From positions 1-64,000 of the forward strand of contig JBFWNU010000010.1 of the NCBI GenBank assembly GCA_050250895.1: a DNA stretch of 64,000 nt, written 5' to 3'. Position numbers and translations under genes: made by a program. The DNA comes from Vulcanimicrobiota bacterium (lineage in GTDB: Bacteria; Vulcanimicrobiota; Xenobia; Xenobiales; JADMJV01). This document shows, piece by piece, positions 39,229-49,880 of this stretch. Under the pieces are notes generated by a model. The model saw only the letters and a list, made by a program, of their open reading frames with translations, was not told the DNA's origin and ran no database searches. How positions within the stretch are numbered: position 1 is the stretch's first letter; every line of letters begins with the position of its first letter.

Positions 39229-42200
39229 GTGACTCTTTTGACCCAAACAACCGGACTTTCACCAGAGATCGACGGGCGATCCGAGCGAAAGATTCCGCTC
39301 GGGACCGGTTTGATCGTCACCTCCGGCGGGCGGGTCCTTGCGCCCGAGAAAGTCCAACTCCAGGCCCACTGTACCGGTCCCGCCGCTCGCGTGGTGGTGG
39401 CTCTTCAATTTCCTGGCGGCGACGGCTCTCAGGCTGCCTTTGTCTATCCGATTCCCGCTCAGGTCGCGGTGGCGCGTTTCGAGGCAGCTCTCGGCATCCG
39501 CCGCTACGAGGGCAAAGTCACCACCCGCGAAGCCGAGGGCACCATCGCCTTTGCCGACACCAGTTACGTCCACGAGATGCTGGCCGACGCGCAATTTCCC
39601 GTGTTGACCGTGGCCCTGGGCACGGTCAAAGCCTCTGACAAGGCCCACGTCCTACTCGAGTATTGCGTTCCCATCGAGCCGCAGGGGGGCTACTACTATC
39701 TGCGCTTTCCCATCTGTCTCGACCCGCGCTTCGGGGTGGACACCGCCACTATCCACTATAAGGTCGACGTCTTGCTCGAATCGGGGGGGTTGCTGCTCGA
39801 GCCGCCGGTGGCCACCCACCCCATTACCGTCCGGCGCCTAGAGAACGAGGACAGCCACGTTACTCTGACGGGTTCGTCGGTGCCAGATGGTGACTTCGTG
39901 CTGCGCTACCGTCTGGGCATCGCCGAGATGCCCAAGACCTGGATGCGCACCAACGGCCAGTATTTCTTGTTCGGCATCTTCCCCCCTACCTCGATGCCCG
40001 ACTCGCCCCAACGCCGGGACCTGGTCTTCGTGGTCGACGCCTCCGAAAACATGACGGGTGAACTGTTTGAAGCCGTATCCGAGGGGGTCAGCGAAGTGCT
40101 GCGCAGCCTGCGCAACAATGACCGCTTTTCGCTCGTCACCATCGGACGCGCCATCGACGGTTTCCGGGGCGGAGATTTCTACGAGATCGAAGAGGTCGAA
40201 GAGGCGGTCCAGTGGTTGCAGCGGGTGCGTCCCGCCGGTCGGGCCGACATCTTGCCTTTGCTCGAGCGCATTCTTACTCTTCCCCTCAAGGAAGGCCGGC
40301 AACTATGCGTCTTTGTCGTCGCGGCCGGCCACGTGGGCAACGAGCCCACCATTCTCAAGTCGCTCGAGTTCGATCAGAGCGATCGCCGCTTCTATACCCT
40401 GGGAGTAGGGCCGTCGGCCAACCTATCGTTCTTGCGCCGGCTTGCCCTGGTGACGCGGGGCGAGTTCGCCAGTGCTCCCCAGGGCAATTGCTCGGGTCCC
40501 CTCCAGGGACTGCTGAGCCAGACCCGCGCCTTGCTCACCGAGCTAGAGCTCGATTGCGAGGGCACCACCATTGACCCCGAGGAGCTGTGCCCCAGTCTGC
40601 TGGGGTGTCTGAGCCCCCACGGGGTCGTCGAGTGCCTCGGTCCCGGTGCCGAGGCCTCACTTCGTTTTCGCTCCAAGGACGAAACCGGAGTGGTCTTTAC
40701 CGGCTCGGTTTCGGCTTTGCCCACCGCCAACCCCGCTTTGGGGGCCGTGTGGGCCTGTCTGCGCGTGCGCGAGTTGCTCGACACCCTGGCCCTGACCACC
40801 GGCGCCCGTCGCGACGCCCTACGCCAGCGGATGATCGAGATCGCTAACCACTTCGGTATCTTGATCGAAGAAACTTCGCTAATGGTTCATGGACCGGCCG
40901 GCCCCGTGGCTCAGGCCAGTCCTTTCCCCTCAGAATGGGGAGCGGTCGAGATCCAAGAAGCTGAAGAGAGCGCCGAGCGTTCTCGAACCTCTACCGACTG
41001 GCGGCGTGGCCTGGTCAAGAAAGGGGCCGACGGTAGCCCCACCCGACCGGGACTGGTGGCTCGAGGCATGAACGCCAAAGGCGTGGCCAAAGGACCCGCC
41101 GGCAAGTTTCCGCCCAAGAAGGGCTCGACCAAACCCCAGCTACGTTGGGAGCCGTCGGCCGACGGAGAGGTCCCGGTGGTGCCGGTGCCCCGGGCCAAGC
41201 CCAAGCCCGAGCCAAAGCCCGAACCGCAGGCCTCGACGGAGCCTATCGCGGGTCCGTCGGTAGAGCCTGCCCCCGCTCCCGAACCGCCCCGGCCGGCCCC
41301 GACTCCCAAAGCGGAGCCGAAAGGGGCCGAACCCAGAGCGACCGAACCGCCGTCCGCCGAGACCCAGGTCCACACCGTGGTCGTGCCAGGGCCATCGTTG
41401 CCGGCGACTCCGGTGATCTTACCCGACACTCAGGCGCTCGCCGTCGAGGCGGCCAAAGAGCGACTCGATGCCTTCGTGCGCCAGCACGACAGCCGCCGGG
41501 TCCGAGTGGCGCTGGCTTCAGTGCTCGGAGTCAGCACGCCTCCGGCTCAGGCCAGCTCGGCTCAGCGCCGCGACTTCCTCATCCTGTGTGGTGAAAAGCT
41601 TGCCAAGCTAGGCTTCTATCAAGATGCCGTGGCTCTCTTTGGCCTTTGCCTGGCCGACGCCCCCGGCGACGAGAAAGTGCTCAAGTCGCTGGCAGAGCTA
41701 CTGCTGCATTGGGCCGATTGGCTGGCCAAGAACGATCATCTGCCCGACGCGCTGCATTTATGCCAGTTGACGCTGGAATTGGCTCCCAATAACCAACAGG
41801 CCGGCCCCAAGCGCGATCAGTTGTTGGAACTGTGGCACCAGAGGGCCGAAGAGATGACCAGGTTCCCTGCGGTGGTGCGGCCCGAGCCCCTGCCCGAGCT
41901 TCCCTCTCTCGAGCCGCCTCCCCAGCCCGAGGCCCCTCGCTCAGAAGAGCTCCCACCGTCGGTCGAGCAGCCCATTAAGCCAAAGCCCGAATCGGCCCCC
42001 GAGGTCAAAGTCGAGGCCAAGCCCGAGCCGTCGACCAGGCCCGCCCCTGCGTCGCCCGAGACCAAAGCCGAGGAGCCCCCCGCAGAGCCCCAAGCCGATG
42101 CCCAAACCTCCAAGGCGCCCGAGGCCAAACCTGAGCCAACCAAGCCCGAGGCGGCCAAACCTGCCAGGTCCGAGGCCGCCGAACCTGAGCCAACCAAGGC

Positions 42201-42831
42201 CGAGGCGGCCAAACCTGAGCCAGTCAAGGCCGAGGCGGCCAAACCTGAGCCGGCCAAGTCCGAGGCGGCCAAACCTGAGCCGGCCAAGTCCGAAGCGGCC
42301 AAGTCCGAAGCGGCCAAGCCTGAGCCAGTCAAGCCCGAGGCGGCCAAACCTGAGCCTGCCAAGTCCGAAGCGGCCAAGCCTGAGCCGTCCAAGTCCGAGG
42401 CGGCCAAGCCTGAGCCGTCCGAGCCTGCCAAGCCGGCGCCCGAACTCGAATCGACCGAGGGCGAATCCGATGATGAAGATGATGAAGATTACGAACTGTC
42501 GCTAGAAGAGGCCCAGGAATTGCTCCAGGCCATGCCATCCGATCCTTCGGGCCACAAAGCAGTCTATCGGATCCTCGGCGACGACCACAAAGGCCTGATC
42601 AATTTCTATCGCGGTTTAGTCAAACACGACGCCGACGACAACGCTCACACCCTGAGCCTGGCCCGGGCGTATGTCTACACCGATAAACACGCTGTGGCGG
42701 TAGTTCAATACCAGAAATACTTGCGGGCGGAGCCCTCGAAGAAAGTCTATTTGGAACTGGCCGACACTTATGATCATCTTGGGAAGAAGCCGCTGGCCGA
42801 TGACGCTCGTCGACGAGCGGAGGCACACTAA
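39229..42831 (+). CDS. VIT + vWA domain protein with Pro-rich linkers, decapeptide repeats and TPR-like regions
   Basis: AFVYPIPAQVAVARFE (VIT), DLVFVVDASENM (vWA), FYTLGVG..NLSFLRRLA, C-terminal TPR-like helices; start uncertain. Confidence 0.85.
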   Translation: MTLLTQTTGLSPEIDGRSERKIPLGTGLIVTSGGRVLAPEKVQLQAHCTGPAARVVVALQFPGGDGSQAAFVYPIPAQVAVARFEAALGIRRYEGKVTTREAEGTIAFADTSYVHEMLADAQFPVLTVALGTVKASDKAHVLLEYCVPIEPQGGYYYLRFPICLDPRFGVDTATIHYKVDVLLESGGLLLEPPVATHPITVRRLENEDSHVTLTGSSVPDGDFVLRYRLGIAEMPKTWMRTNGQYFLFGIFPPTSMPDSPQRRDLVFVVDASENMTGELFEAVSEGVSEVLRSLRNNDRFSLVTIGRAIDGFRGGDFYEIEEVEEAVQWLQRVRPAGRADILPLLERILTLPLKEGRQLCVFVVAAGHVGNEPTILKSLEFDQSDRRFYTLGVGPSANLSFLRRLALVTRGEFASAPQGNCSGPLQGLLSQTRALLTELELDCEGTTIDPEELCPSLLGCLSPHGVVECLGPGAEASLRFRSKDETGVVFTGSVSALPTANPALGAVWACLRVRELLDTLALTTGARRDALRQRMIEIANHFGILIEETSLMVHGPAGPVAQASPFPSEWGAVEIQEAEESAERSRTSTDWRRGLVKKGADGSPTRPGLVARGMNAKGVAKGPAGKFPPKKGSTKPQLRWEPSADGEVPVVPVPRAKPKPEPKPEPQASTEPIAGPSVEPAPAPEPPRPAPTPKAEPKGAEPRATEPPSAETQVHTVVVPGPSLPATPVILPDTQALAVEAAKERLDAFVRQHDSRRVRVALASVLGVSTPPAQASSAQRRDFLILCGEKLAKLGFYQDAVALFGLCLADAPGDEKVLKSLAELLLHWADWLAKNDHLPDALHLCQLTLELAPNNQQAGPKRDQLLELWHQRAEEMTRFPAVVRPEPLPELPSLEPPPQPEAPRSEELPPSVEQPIKPKPESAPEVKVEAKPEPSTRPAPASPETKAEEPPAEPQADAQTSKAPEAKPEPTKPEAAKPARSEAAEPEPTKAEAAKPEPVKAEAAKPEPAKSEAAKPEPAKSEAAKSEAAKPEPVKPEAAKPEPAKSEAAKPEPSKSEAAKPEPSEPAKPAPELESTEGESDDEDDEDYELSLEEAQELLQAMPSDPSGHKAVYRILGDDHKGLINFYRGLVKHDADDNAHTLSLARAYVYTDKHAVAVVQYQKYLRAEPSKKVYLELADTYDHLGKKPLADDARRRAEAH
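42115..42432 (+). repeat. In-frame 30-bp tandem repeat (EAAKPEPAKS-type)
   Basis: About 10 variant units of gaggcggccaaacctgagccggccaagtcc. Confidence 0.9.
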
Positions 42832-42843
42832 CAAGGGGGAACT

Positions 42844-43449
42844 ATGTTCGAGTTTCTGAAACGCCTGCGCCGCTCGGTGCCCGTCAAGATCGTGGGTTTC
42901 GTCAACCCCGAGGTGACCTTCACCAGCGACCAGGAGATCAATCTGGGCCGTCTGGACGTGGTGGCCGAGATCGAAGGGGAAAAGATTAGGGCTCGCCTCG
43001 ATGTCAAAGAGATCAGCGAGAATCAGTGCATGGGGATCCTGGTCGAGCCACAGGAAGCCGTACCCTTTCTTAAAGAGATCTTTCGCCCCTACTACGAGAA
43101 GCGCAACGAGCTGCGGGTCGGTCGCAACTTGCGGGTGCTATCGAAAGACATTCCGGGCTTCAAAGGCACTTCGCGTGATCTATCCGAGCACGGCATGCGG
43201 TTGGAAGTCAGCGGCCCTATCCCCATCGGAAAGCCCATCTCGTTGGCTATCGACCTCGACGACCTGGCCGGCTCGACCCTCGAACTGCACGGACAGACGC
43301 GCTGGTGCGCGCCCAAAGAGAATACGCCTTACTCGCTGGTCGGAATTCTCTTCGTCGACGTGCCACCTCAGGCTCAGAACGCCTTGCGCGCCTTTCTTAA
43401 TACTCTCATCGAGGCCGAGAAGGGCAACATGAAACTGGGCGGAGCCTAG
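42844..43449 (+). CDS. PilZ-domain protein
   Basis: KRNELR and DLSEHG, TRWC; same architecture as 20633..21193. Confidence 0.85.
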   Translation: MFEFLKRLRRSVPVKIVGFVNPEVTFTSDQEINLGRLDVVAEIEGEKIRARLDVKEISENQCMGILVEPQEAVPFLKEIFRPYYEKRNELRVGRNLRVLSKDIPGFKGTSRDLSEHGMRLEVSGPIPIGKPISLAIDLDDLAGSTLELHGQTRWCAPKENTPYSLVGILFVDVPPQAQNALRAFLNTLIEAEKGNMKLGGA

Positions 43450-43597
43450 TTAGGGCGTCTCAAGGATTAAGAGTTCCGGGCGCTGAGGCGCCCCTGTGGC
43501 AAGGCGCGTCTGACCGCGCATATCGGCAATGGGTAAGGGAAGCGCAACGCAGCCACAGGGAATGGATCGGATGCACCCGTTATTTCCTGACAGGCCC

Positions 43598-43996
43598 TTA
43601 GACGGCTTTGCGGGGTAGCGGGATGCTGGTCGGTAGCGTGCGCCGCGCTTGCTTTTGCGCCTCGCGACCACAATAGTCACTGAGCAGGCGTCGGTCTCGC
43701 TGGTTCATGGCCGAGAAGTGGAGGCCGATGACCACGGCTCCGCTCGAGCCGTTCAAGGGCGAGTCCCAGACCTTGTCGGCCAGCGCCGTCACCGGGCGCC
43801 CATCGATGTTGAGCACCACGTGAAAGTGGTTGCCGTCGGCGCCGCGATTACAGATCAAGCGTGCGCCGGTGGAGCTCAGGTTGATGGTCTGCCCCTGCAA
43901 GAGGTTCAGGTCGTCTCCGTAGAAATCGACCGAAAAGCTCTGGTTCACCCGCGGCGCGCGGCGCCGATTCTTAAGCTCTAACATCACACAACACAT
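43598..43996 (-). CDS. Single-domain PilZ protein
   Basis: RRRAPR and NLSSTG; start uncertain. Confidence 0.8.
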   Translation of the reverse strand: MCCVMLELKNRRRAPRVNQSFSVDFYGDDLNLLQGQTINLSSTGARLICNRGADGNHFHVVLNIDGRPVTALADKVWDSPLNGSSGAVVIGLHFSAMNQRDRRLLSDYCGREAQKQARRTLPTSIPLPRKAV

Positions 43997-44144
43997 CTCC
44001 CAACATGCATCATCTCACGAGGCAGAGAGTTAAGGAAAGCCAAGAAGTGTTACATGTATGTTAATTTTATTGGAGTATCCTAAGAAAGTTGGCCTCGCCT
44101 GGCCTGGGCTGGGCCGGGGTGGGTGCACGCCGCTCGGCGTGGGC

Positions 44145-45545
44145 GGGGTTCACCCCGCGATTCTCGGGGTGAAGTGCCCGAAACGGGGTTCACCCCGCGA
44201 TTCTCGGGGTGAAGTGGCTGAGGCCGGGTTCACCCCGCGATTTCTCGGGGTGAAGTGGCTGAAACGGGGTTCACCCCGCGATTCTCGGGGTGAAGTGACC
44301 GAAGCCGTGCCGCCCGCGGCCGCCCGAGCCGCCGCACCGGCCAGACTCCCGTGCGGAAGTAGGCTCTCCCGCCGCGATTCTCGGGGTGAAGTGGCTGAAA
44401 CGGGGTTCACCCCGCTATTCTCGGGGTGAAGCGGCCGAAGCCGTTCCGCCCGCGGCCGCCGGGCCGAGCCAGCCGCACGGCCAGACTCCCGTGCGGAAGT
44501 AGGCTCTCCCGCCGCGTTTCTCGGGGTGAAGTGACCGAAGCCGTGCCGCCCGCGGCCGCCGAGGCCGAGCCGGCCGCACCGGCCAGACTCCCGTGCGGAA
44601 GTAGGCTCTCCCCGCGATTCTCGGGGTGAAGTGACCGAACTCGTGCCGCCCGCGGCCGCCGGGGCCGAGCCGCCGCACCGGCCAGACTTCCGTGCGGAAG
44701 TAGGCTCCCCCCGCTATTCTCGGTGTGAAGCGGCCGAAGCCGTTCCGCCCGCGGCCGCCGGGGCCGAGCCGCCGCACCGGCCAGACTTCCGTGCGGAAGT
44801 AGGCTCTCCCCGCGATTCTCGGGGTGAAGTGGCTGAAACGGGGTTCACCCCGCGATTCTCGGGGTGAAGTGGCTGAAGCCGTGCCGCCCGCGGCCGCCGA
44901 GGCCGAGCCGGCCGCACCGGCCAGACTCCCGTGCGGAAGTAGGCTCTCCCGCCGCGATTCTCGGGGTGAAGTGGCTGAAACGGGGTTCACCCCGCGATTC
45001 TCGGGGTGAAGTGACCGAAGCCGTGCCGCCCGCGGCCGCCCGAGCCGCCGCACCGGCCAGACTCCCGTGCGGAAGTAGGCTCTCCCGCCGCGATTCTCGG
45101 GGTGAAGTGACCGAAGCCGTTCCGCCCGCGGCCGCCGGGGCCGAGCCGGCCGCACCGGCCAGACTTCCGTGCGGAAGTAGGCTCTCCCGCCGCGATTCTC
45201 GGGGTGAAGTGACCGAGGCCGGGTTCACCCCGCGATTCTCGGGGTGAAGTGACCGAAGCCGTGCCGCCCGCGGCCGCCGGGGCCGAGCCGCCGCACCGGC
45301 CAGACTTCCGTGCGGAAGTAGGCTCCCCCCGCTATTCTCGGTGTGAAGCGGCCGAAGCCGTTCCGCCCGCGGCCGCCGGGGCCGAGCCGCCGCACCGGCC
45401 AGACTTCCGTGCGGAAGTAGGCTCTCCCGCCGCGATTCTCGGGGTGAAGCGGCCGAAGCCGTTCCGCCCGCGGCCGCCGGGGCCGAGCCGCCGCACCGCG
45501 CAGACTTCCGTGCGGAAGTAGGGTCCCCCCGCGATTTCTCGGCGG
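44145..45545. repeat. 1.4-kb REP/BIME-like mosaic array of palindromic units
   Basis: 18 copies (+1 partial) of TTCTCGG(G/T)GTGAAG joined by a 40-bp-period linker or a ~100-bp-period linker (11 copies); linkers are not unique. Confidence 0.92.
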
Positions 45546-45565
45546 CCGCCCGAGGCCGCACCGCC

Positions 45566-47731
45566 TTAGCGCCAGATGGCGTTGCGCTTGTCCTCGGGGC
45601 GGCGCATCGGGTCGCCGGGTTGCACGCCGAAGGCGTCGAAGAACTCGGGCATGTTCGAGACGGTGCCGTTGACCCGCAGCTTGGGGTGGGGGTGGGGGTC
45701 GGTCTTGACCATCAGCTTGGCATATTCGGGGCGCACGTTCGTGGCCCAGCTCTGGGCGAAGCTCAGGAAGAAGCGCTGGTCGGGAGTGAAGCCGTCGACC
45801 ATCTCGGGCGGCTTGCCCTCGGTGGCTTTCTTGTAGGCCGCATAGGCGATCTCGAGGCCGCCCAGGTCGGCCAGGGCCTCGCCCAGGACCAACTGGCCGT
45901 CGACCGGTAGCCCTTCGACCACGTACTCGCTGAACTGGCGCTCGATGCCGCCGGCTTTGGCCTGAAAGCGGGCCAGGTCTTCGTCGCTGAACCAGTTGCG
46001 CAAGTTGCCGTCGGCGTCGAACTGGGCGCCCGAGTCGTCAAAGCCGTGGCTAAGCTCGTGGCCGATGGTGGCCCCGATGGCTCCGTAGTTCATCGCCTCG
46101 TCGAAGTCGAGGTCGAAATAGGGCGTCTGCAGGATGCCCGCCGGGAAGACGATCTCGTTGTTGGGCGGGTCGTAGTAAGCGTTGTTGGTGGAAGCTGACA
46201 TATACCACTTGTCGTGGTTGACAGGCTTGCCGATCTGGGCCAGGTCGAGGGCCTTGTGGAAGCGATCGCCGTTGCGCACGTTGGTCAGGAAGCTGTCGCG
46301 GTTGACGGCGTAGTTGGAGTAGTCCTGGGGATTTTCGGGATAGCCGATCTTGGCCCGCAGTTTGTCGACCTTGGCCAGGGCCTCTTGTTTGGTCTCGGGA
46401 CCCATCCATTCCAGGCTGCGGATCTTGTCGCGCAAGGTGTCGCCGAAAATACGCACCATGTCTTCCATCTTGGCTTTGGCCTCGGGCGAGAAGCGGCGCT
46501 CGACGAATTTCACGCCCAGGGCCTCGCCCAGGTATTCGTCGGTCTTGTCGGCAATCTGTTTGGCCCGCGGAGGTTGCTGCTCGAGGCCGCGCATGGTCTT
46601 GCCGAAGAAGTTGAAGTTTTCGTCGGCGAACTCTTTCGAGAGATAGGGGGCGGCCGCGCTCAACGTGTGCCAGCGCAGATAAGCTTTGTGCTCTTCGATC
46701 GGAGTCTCGGCCAGGATGTCGTCGAGGCGCTCGAAATATTTGGGCACCGCCACGTTCACCCAATCGGGTGCCTGGACCTTGAGATCGTGGAAATAGGCGG
46801 GAAAGCTCAGGCACGGGACAAGTTTGTCGAGTTCGGTCTGGGTGGTGGGGTGATAGAGGGTGGCCGGGTCGCGCATCTCGGCGTTGGACAGCGAGGCTTT
46901 GGCGATGGTCGTCTCGAGGCGCAAGACGGCGGCGGCCTGGCGGTCGGCCACGGCGGGCGAGTCGCCGGCCAGTTCGAACATGCGGGTGACGTGCTGACGG
47001 AAGGCTTTGACCGTCTCTTTGCTCGACTCGTCGTCTTTGACATAGTAGTCGCGATTGGGCAGGCTCAGGCCGCCCTGGCTGAATTCGCCGATCATCCGGC
47101 TCGAGTCTTTGGCGTCCTGGGCGGCGTAGAAGCTGAAATAGACCGAGTTGCCCTCGGCGTGCATGGCGGTAGCCGCCTGCTGGATATCGGCCACGTTCTT
47201 GATGGCGGCGATGCGGGCGAAATCGCTCTCGAGAGCCGAGAGGCCGGCCGCCTGGATGGCCGCCTCGTTCATTCCGGCGGCATAGAAGTCGCCCAATTTC
47301 TGCTCGTTGCTGCCCGGGGTCTGGGGGCTTGAAGAGAGTTCTTCGAGGATTGCCTTGACCACTTTCTCGTTACCCACCGTCACCTCGGCGTCGATGCCGA
47401 AACGCGAGCGGTCGGGCGGGATGGGGTGGCTGGCCAGATAGCCGCCCATGGCGAACTGATAAAAGTCGCGGGTCGGGCTGGTGGTGGGGTCGAGATTATC
47501 GCGCGAGAACGGGGGGCGTGTCTCTTCGACCTGGAGCTCTTCGAGCGGGGCGGCGGGCGCGACCAGAGCCGGGGCTGGCGCCGGAGGCGGTGTCACGGAC
47601 AGCAGCGGGCCCGAGAAGGTGAACTGGTCCTCGGGCTGGCGGTGGACCGGGTGACCGTGGCCGAGGGGGCCGTGGTGGCGGCAGGCCGGTCGCGAGAGCA
47701 AGGGACTGGTGGTCAAAGCGCTGATATTCAT
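45566..47731 (-). CDS. M13-family (neprilysin/PepO-like) metallopeptidase
   Basis: DFYQFA, KIGYP, NAYY, PAGILQ, GHELSHGFD, GEALAD. Confidence 0.95.
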   Translation of the reverse strand: MNISALTTSPLLSRPACRHHGPLGHGHPVHRQPEDQFTFSGPLLSVTPPPAPAPALVAPAAPLEELQVEETRPPFSRDNLDPTTSPTRDFYQFAMGGYLASHPIPPDRSRFGIDAEVTVGNEKVVKAILEELSSSPQTPGSNEQKLGDFYAAGMNEAAIQAAGLSALESDFARIAAIKNVADIQQAATAMHAEGNSVYFSFYAAQDAKDSSRMIGEFSQGGLSLPNRDYYVKDDESSKETVKAFRQHVTRMFELAGDSPAVADRQAAAVLRLETTIAKASLSNAEMRDPATLYHPTTQTELDKLVPCLSFPAYFHDLKVQAPDWVNVAVPKYFERLDDILAETPIEEHKAYLRWHTLSAAAPYLSKEFADENFNFFGKTMRGLEQQPPRAKQIADKTDEYLGEALGVKFVERRFSPEAKAKMEDMVRIFGDTLRDKIRSLEWMGPETKQEALAKVDKLRAKIGYPENPQDYSNYAVNRDSFLTNVRNGDRFHKALDLAQIGKPVNHDKWYMSASTNNAYYDPPNNEIVFPAGILQTPYFDLDFDEAMNYGAIGATIGHELSHGFDDSGAQFDADGNLRNWFSDEDLARFQAKAGGIERQFSEYVVEGLPVDGQLVLGEALADLGGLEIAYAAYKKATEGKPPEMVDGFTPDQRFFLSFAQSWATNVRPEYAKLMVKTDPHPHPKLRVNGTVSNMPEFFDAFGVQPGDPMRRPEDKRNAIWR

Positions 47732-47808
47732 CAGGCCTATCCAACGCCCGCGGGTCGGGTCAAGTTGTAGCCAACTCGTTACAGAACGTTCGCCAGGGAG
47801 AAATCCGC

Positions 47809-49653
47809 TTGAAGGTGGAAGTTGCGGCGGTGAGGCGACTGCTCCATCGAGTCTATTATGTGATCGAGTCCCTGTTTCTGGCTCATCCCGGCTACCAACT
47901 GGTGCTGGTGGCCGTGGCGATGTTGTTGGTCTCGCTGATGGGGGGAATGGTCGTGCATTTTGTCAGCGGCGATTTCGACAGCGTCGGCCAGGCGGTGTGG
48001 TGGGCCTTTTTGCACCTGACGGACTCGGGTTACCTGGGCAACGACCAGGGTTTTGTGCGGCGGGTGGTCTCGTGCGTGCTGACGGTGCTCGGCATGGTTT
48101 TGTTCGTGGGGGCGGCGGTCGCTATCATGACCAACGGCCTGGATCGGCTGCTAAATTTTCTAGCTTCGGGCCGGAGCCCGGTCTTCGAGAAGGGTCACAT
48201 CTTGATTCTGGGCTGGAATCATCGAGTCTATGCCCTGGTGGAGGAGGTCTTTCATAGTGGACGCGCTCTCTATGGGGAGGATTGGCATCCCTCCATCGTG
48301 ATACTCTGTCCCGAGTTTCATCCCGATCTCCAGCGCGAGTTGCTGCAGAAGCTCGACCCGAAGGTGAGAAAGCAAAGCAACGTACTGGTGCGCTCGGGAA
48401 ATCCCCTCGAGGCCGAGAGCCTCGAGCGAGTCGACTTTACCCGGGCTCGTTCTATCATCTTGGTGGCCGGCAAGGCTCATCAGGACCTGTCCGATGTCAC
48501 CCTGGCCAAGACCCTCATGAGCATCAAGGCCCAGGCCGGCGAGTTGCGCCAAAATCCCAACGTGGTGGTCGAAGTGGCCAACCCCGCCAACAAGCTGTTG
48601 ACCGAGTCGGTCGGTTGGAGCGGCTCGACCGAAGCCCTGGCTTCGGGCGACTTTCTCGGCTTGATGTTCGTGCAGGCGGTGCGCCAGCCCGGCATCTCCC
48701 GCCTCTACAACCGCTTTCTGACCGACAACTTCGGTGATGCCGTGCTGCTGATCTCGGCCGAGAGCCTCGGGTTGACCGGCAAGACTTTGCGCCAGGCCAG
48801 TCTCGATGGCAAGGTGGCCATAGGCTATCTGAAAGCCGGTGGGGGACAGGAGGCCTTGCGACTGACGGCCCTCGACGACGAGCTGGCGGCCGACGACGAA
48901 GTGGTGGTGATTTCGCCCGGGGATGACCCTGGCTATCCCGCTTTGTCGACCTCGACCGCTCGGGGCAGCGAACTCAAAGTGCTGGTGCTGGGATGGAGCA
49001 ACCACTTGACCCACTTCGTGCGCGAATTGGGCCGGTATACCAGCGAAAAATACACGATCCTGCTGGCCTGCGAGAGTTGTCCTAGCCTGGGCTGGCGGCG
49101 CCTGTCGGGGCTGGCCGAGGGCCTCGAGAATGTCGAACTCAGTCGGGTCGACACCTCTTTGGGCGAGGCCGAGAGTCTGGCCAAGCTACGGCCTGGCGAC
49201 TATGACAGTGTCGTGCTCTTTGCCGACCCGCGGGCGGCCGACCCTCTGGTGGCCGATGCCGAGACGGTGGTGCGCACGGTGCTGGTTCATCGCTTGCTCG
49301 GCCGCGAGGTGGGTTTGGTGGTGGAACTCAACGATGAAGACAACCGGGCCCTGGTGGCCTACCGTGCGGCTGACATCTTCTTGACCCAGGAAGTGGTCAG
49401 CCACCTGTTGGCCCAGGTGGCTCTACGACGCAGTCTCGCCTGGATCTATGAAGAGCTCTTTACGGTGGGAGGAGCCGAGATTCATCTGGCCCCAGGTCCG
49501 AGTGGAACCTTTCGCCAGGCGGCCTCGGAGTTTCTCGACCGGGGAGCGGTGGCCATCGGCTATGAGCAGGCCGGTCGCTTTGCTCTGGTTCCCAACCCCG
49601 AAACCACCCTGCCCGAGGGGGCCAGAGTGGTGCTCATCGAGCCCGAGGGCTAG
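47809..49653 (+). CDS. CASTOR/POLLUX-like ion channel with RCK domains
   Basis: TMs, WWAFLHLTDSGYLGND pore segment, HILILGWN and VLVLGWS. Confidence 0.8.
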   Translation: MKVEVAAVRRLLHRVYYVIESLFLAHPGYQLVLVAVAMLLVSLMGGMVVHFVSGDFDSVGQAVWWAFLHLTDSGYLGNDQGFVRRVVSCVLTVLGMVLFVGAAVAIMTNGLDRLLNFLASGRSPVFEKGHILILGWNHRVYALVEEVFHSGRALYGEDWHPSIVILCPEFHPDLQRELLQKLDPKVRKQSNVLVRSGNPLEAESLERVDFTRARSIILVAGKAHQDLSDVTLAKTLMSIKAQAGELRQNPNVVVEVANPANKLLTESVGWSGSTEALASGDFLGLMFVQAVRQPGISRLYNRFLTDNFGDAVLLISAESLGLTGKTLRQASLDGKVAIGYLKAGGGQEALRLTALDDELAADDEVVVISPGDDPGYPALSTSTARGSELKVLVLGWSNHLTHFVRELGRYTSEKYTILLACESCPSLGWRRLSGLAEGLENVELSRVDTSLGEAESLAKLRPGDYDSVVLFADPRAADPLVADAETVVRTVLVHRLLGREVGLVVELNDEDNRALVAYRAADIFLTQEVVSHLLAQVALRRSLAWIYEELFTVGGAEIHLAPGPSGTFRQAASEFLDRGAVAIGYEQAGRFALVPNPETTLPEGARVVLIEPEG

Positions 49654-49880
49654 TTGACCGACGGCAGGCTGTGGTAGGGTGGCAGCCCGTTGGGTGTGAT
49701 ACCTTCGAGTTCGATCAAGAGTTCTTCAAGCTCTTCGGTGATGCTGGCCACCTGGGCCGCCCGGTCGGCTGAATAGACGGCCGCGCGTGAGGCCGCCACT
49801 CGCACTTTGATCAGCGCCTCACCCAATAACGCCTTGAGTTCGCCATCCCAGAGTTGTTGATAATCGATATATTCTTTCAT
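49650..49880 (-). CDS. Small hypothetical protein
   Basis: 76-aa ORF with TGnTAGACT 7 nt upstream of the ATG. Confidence 0.55.
   Translation of the reverse strand: MKEYIDYQQLWDGELKALLGEALIKVRVAASRAAVYSADRAAQVASITEELEELLIELEGITPNGLPPYHSLPSVN

Noticed and set aside
44145-45545. CRISPR array (the hairpin resembles type I-E repeats)
   Set aside because: Intervening sequences are of only two recurring types rather than unique spacers, the period alternates 40/~100 bp, and no cas genes are in the window.
44058-45561. ORFs on both strands across the repeat array
   Set aside because: Unit lengths are not consistently multiples of three and frames shift between units; open frames reflect GC-rich repeats.
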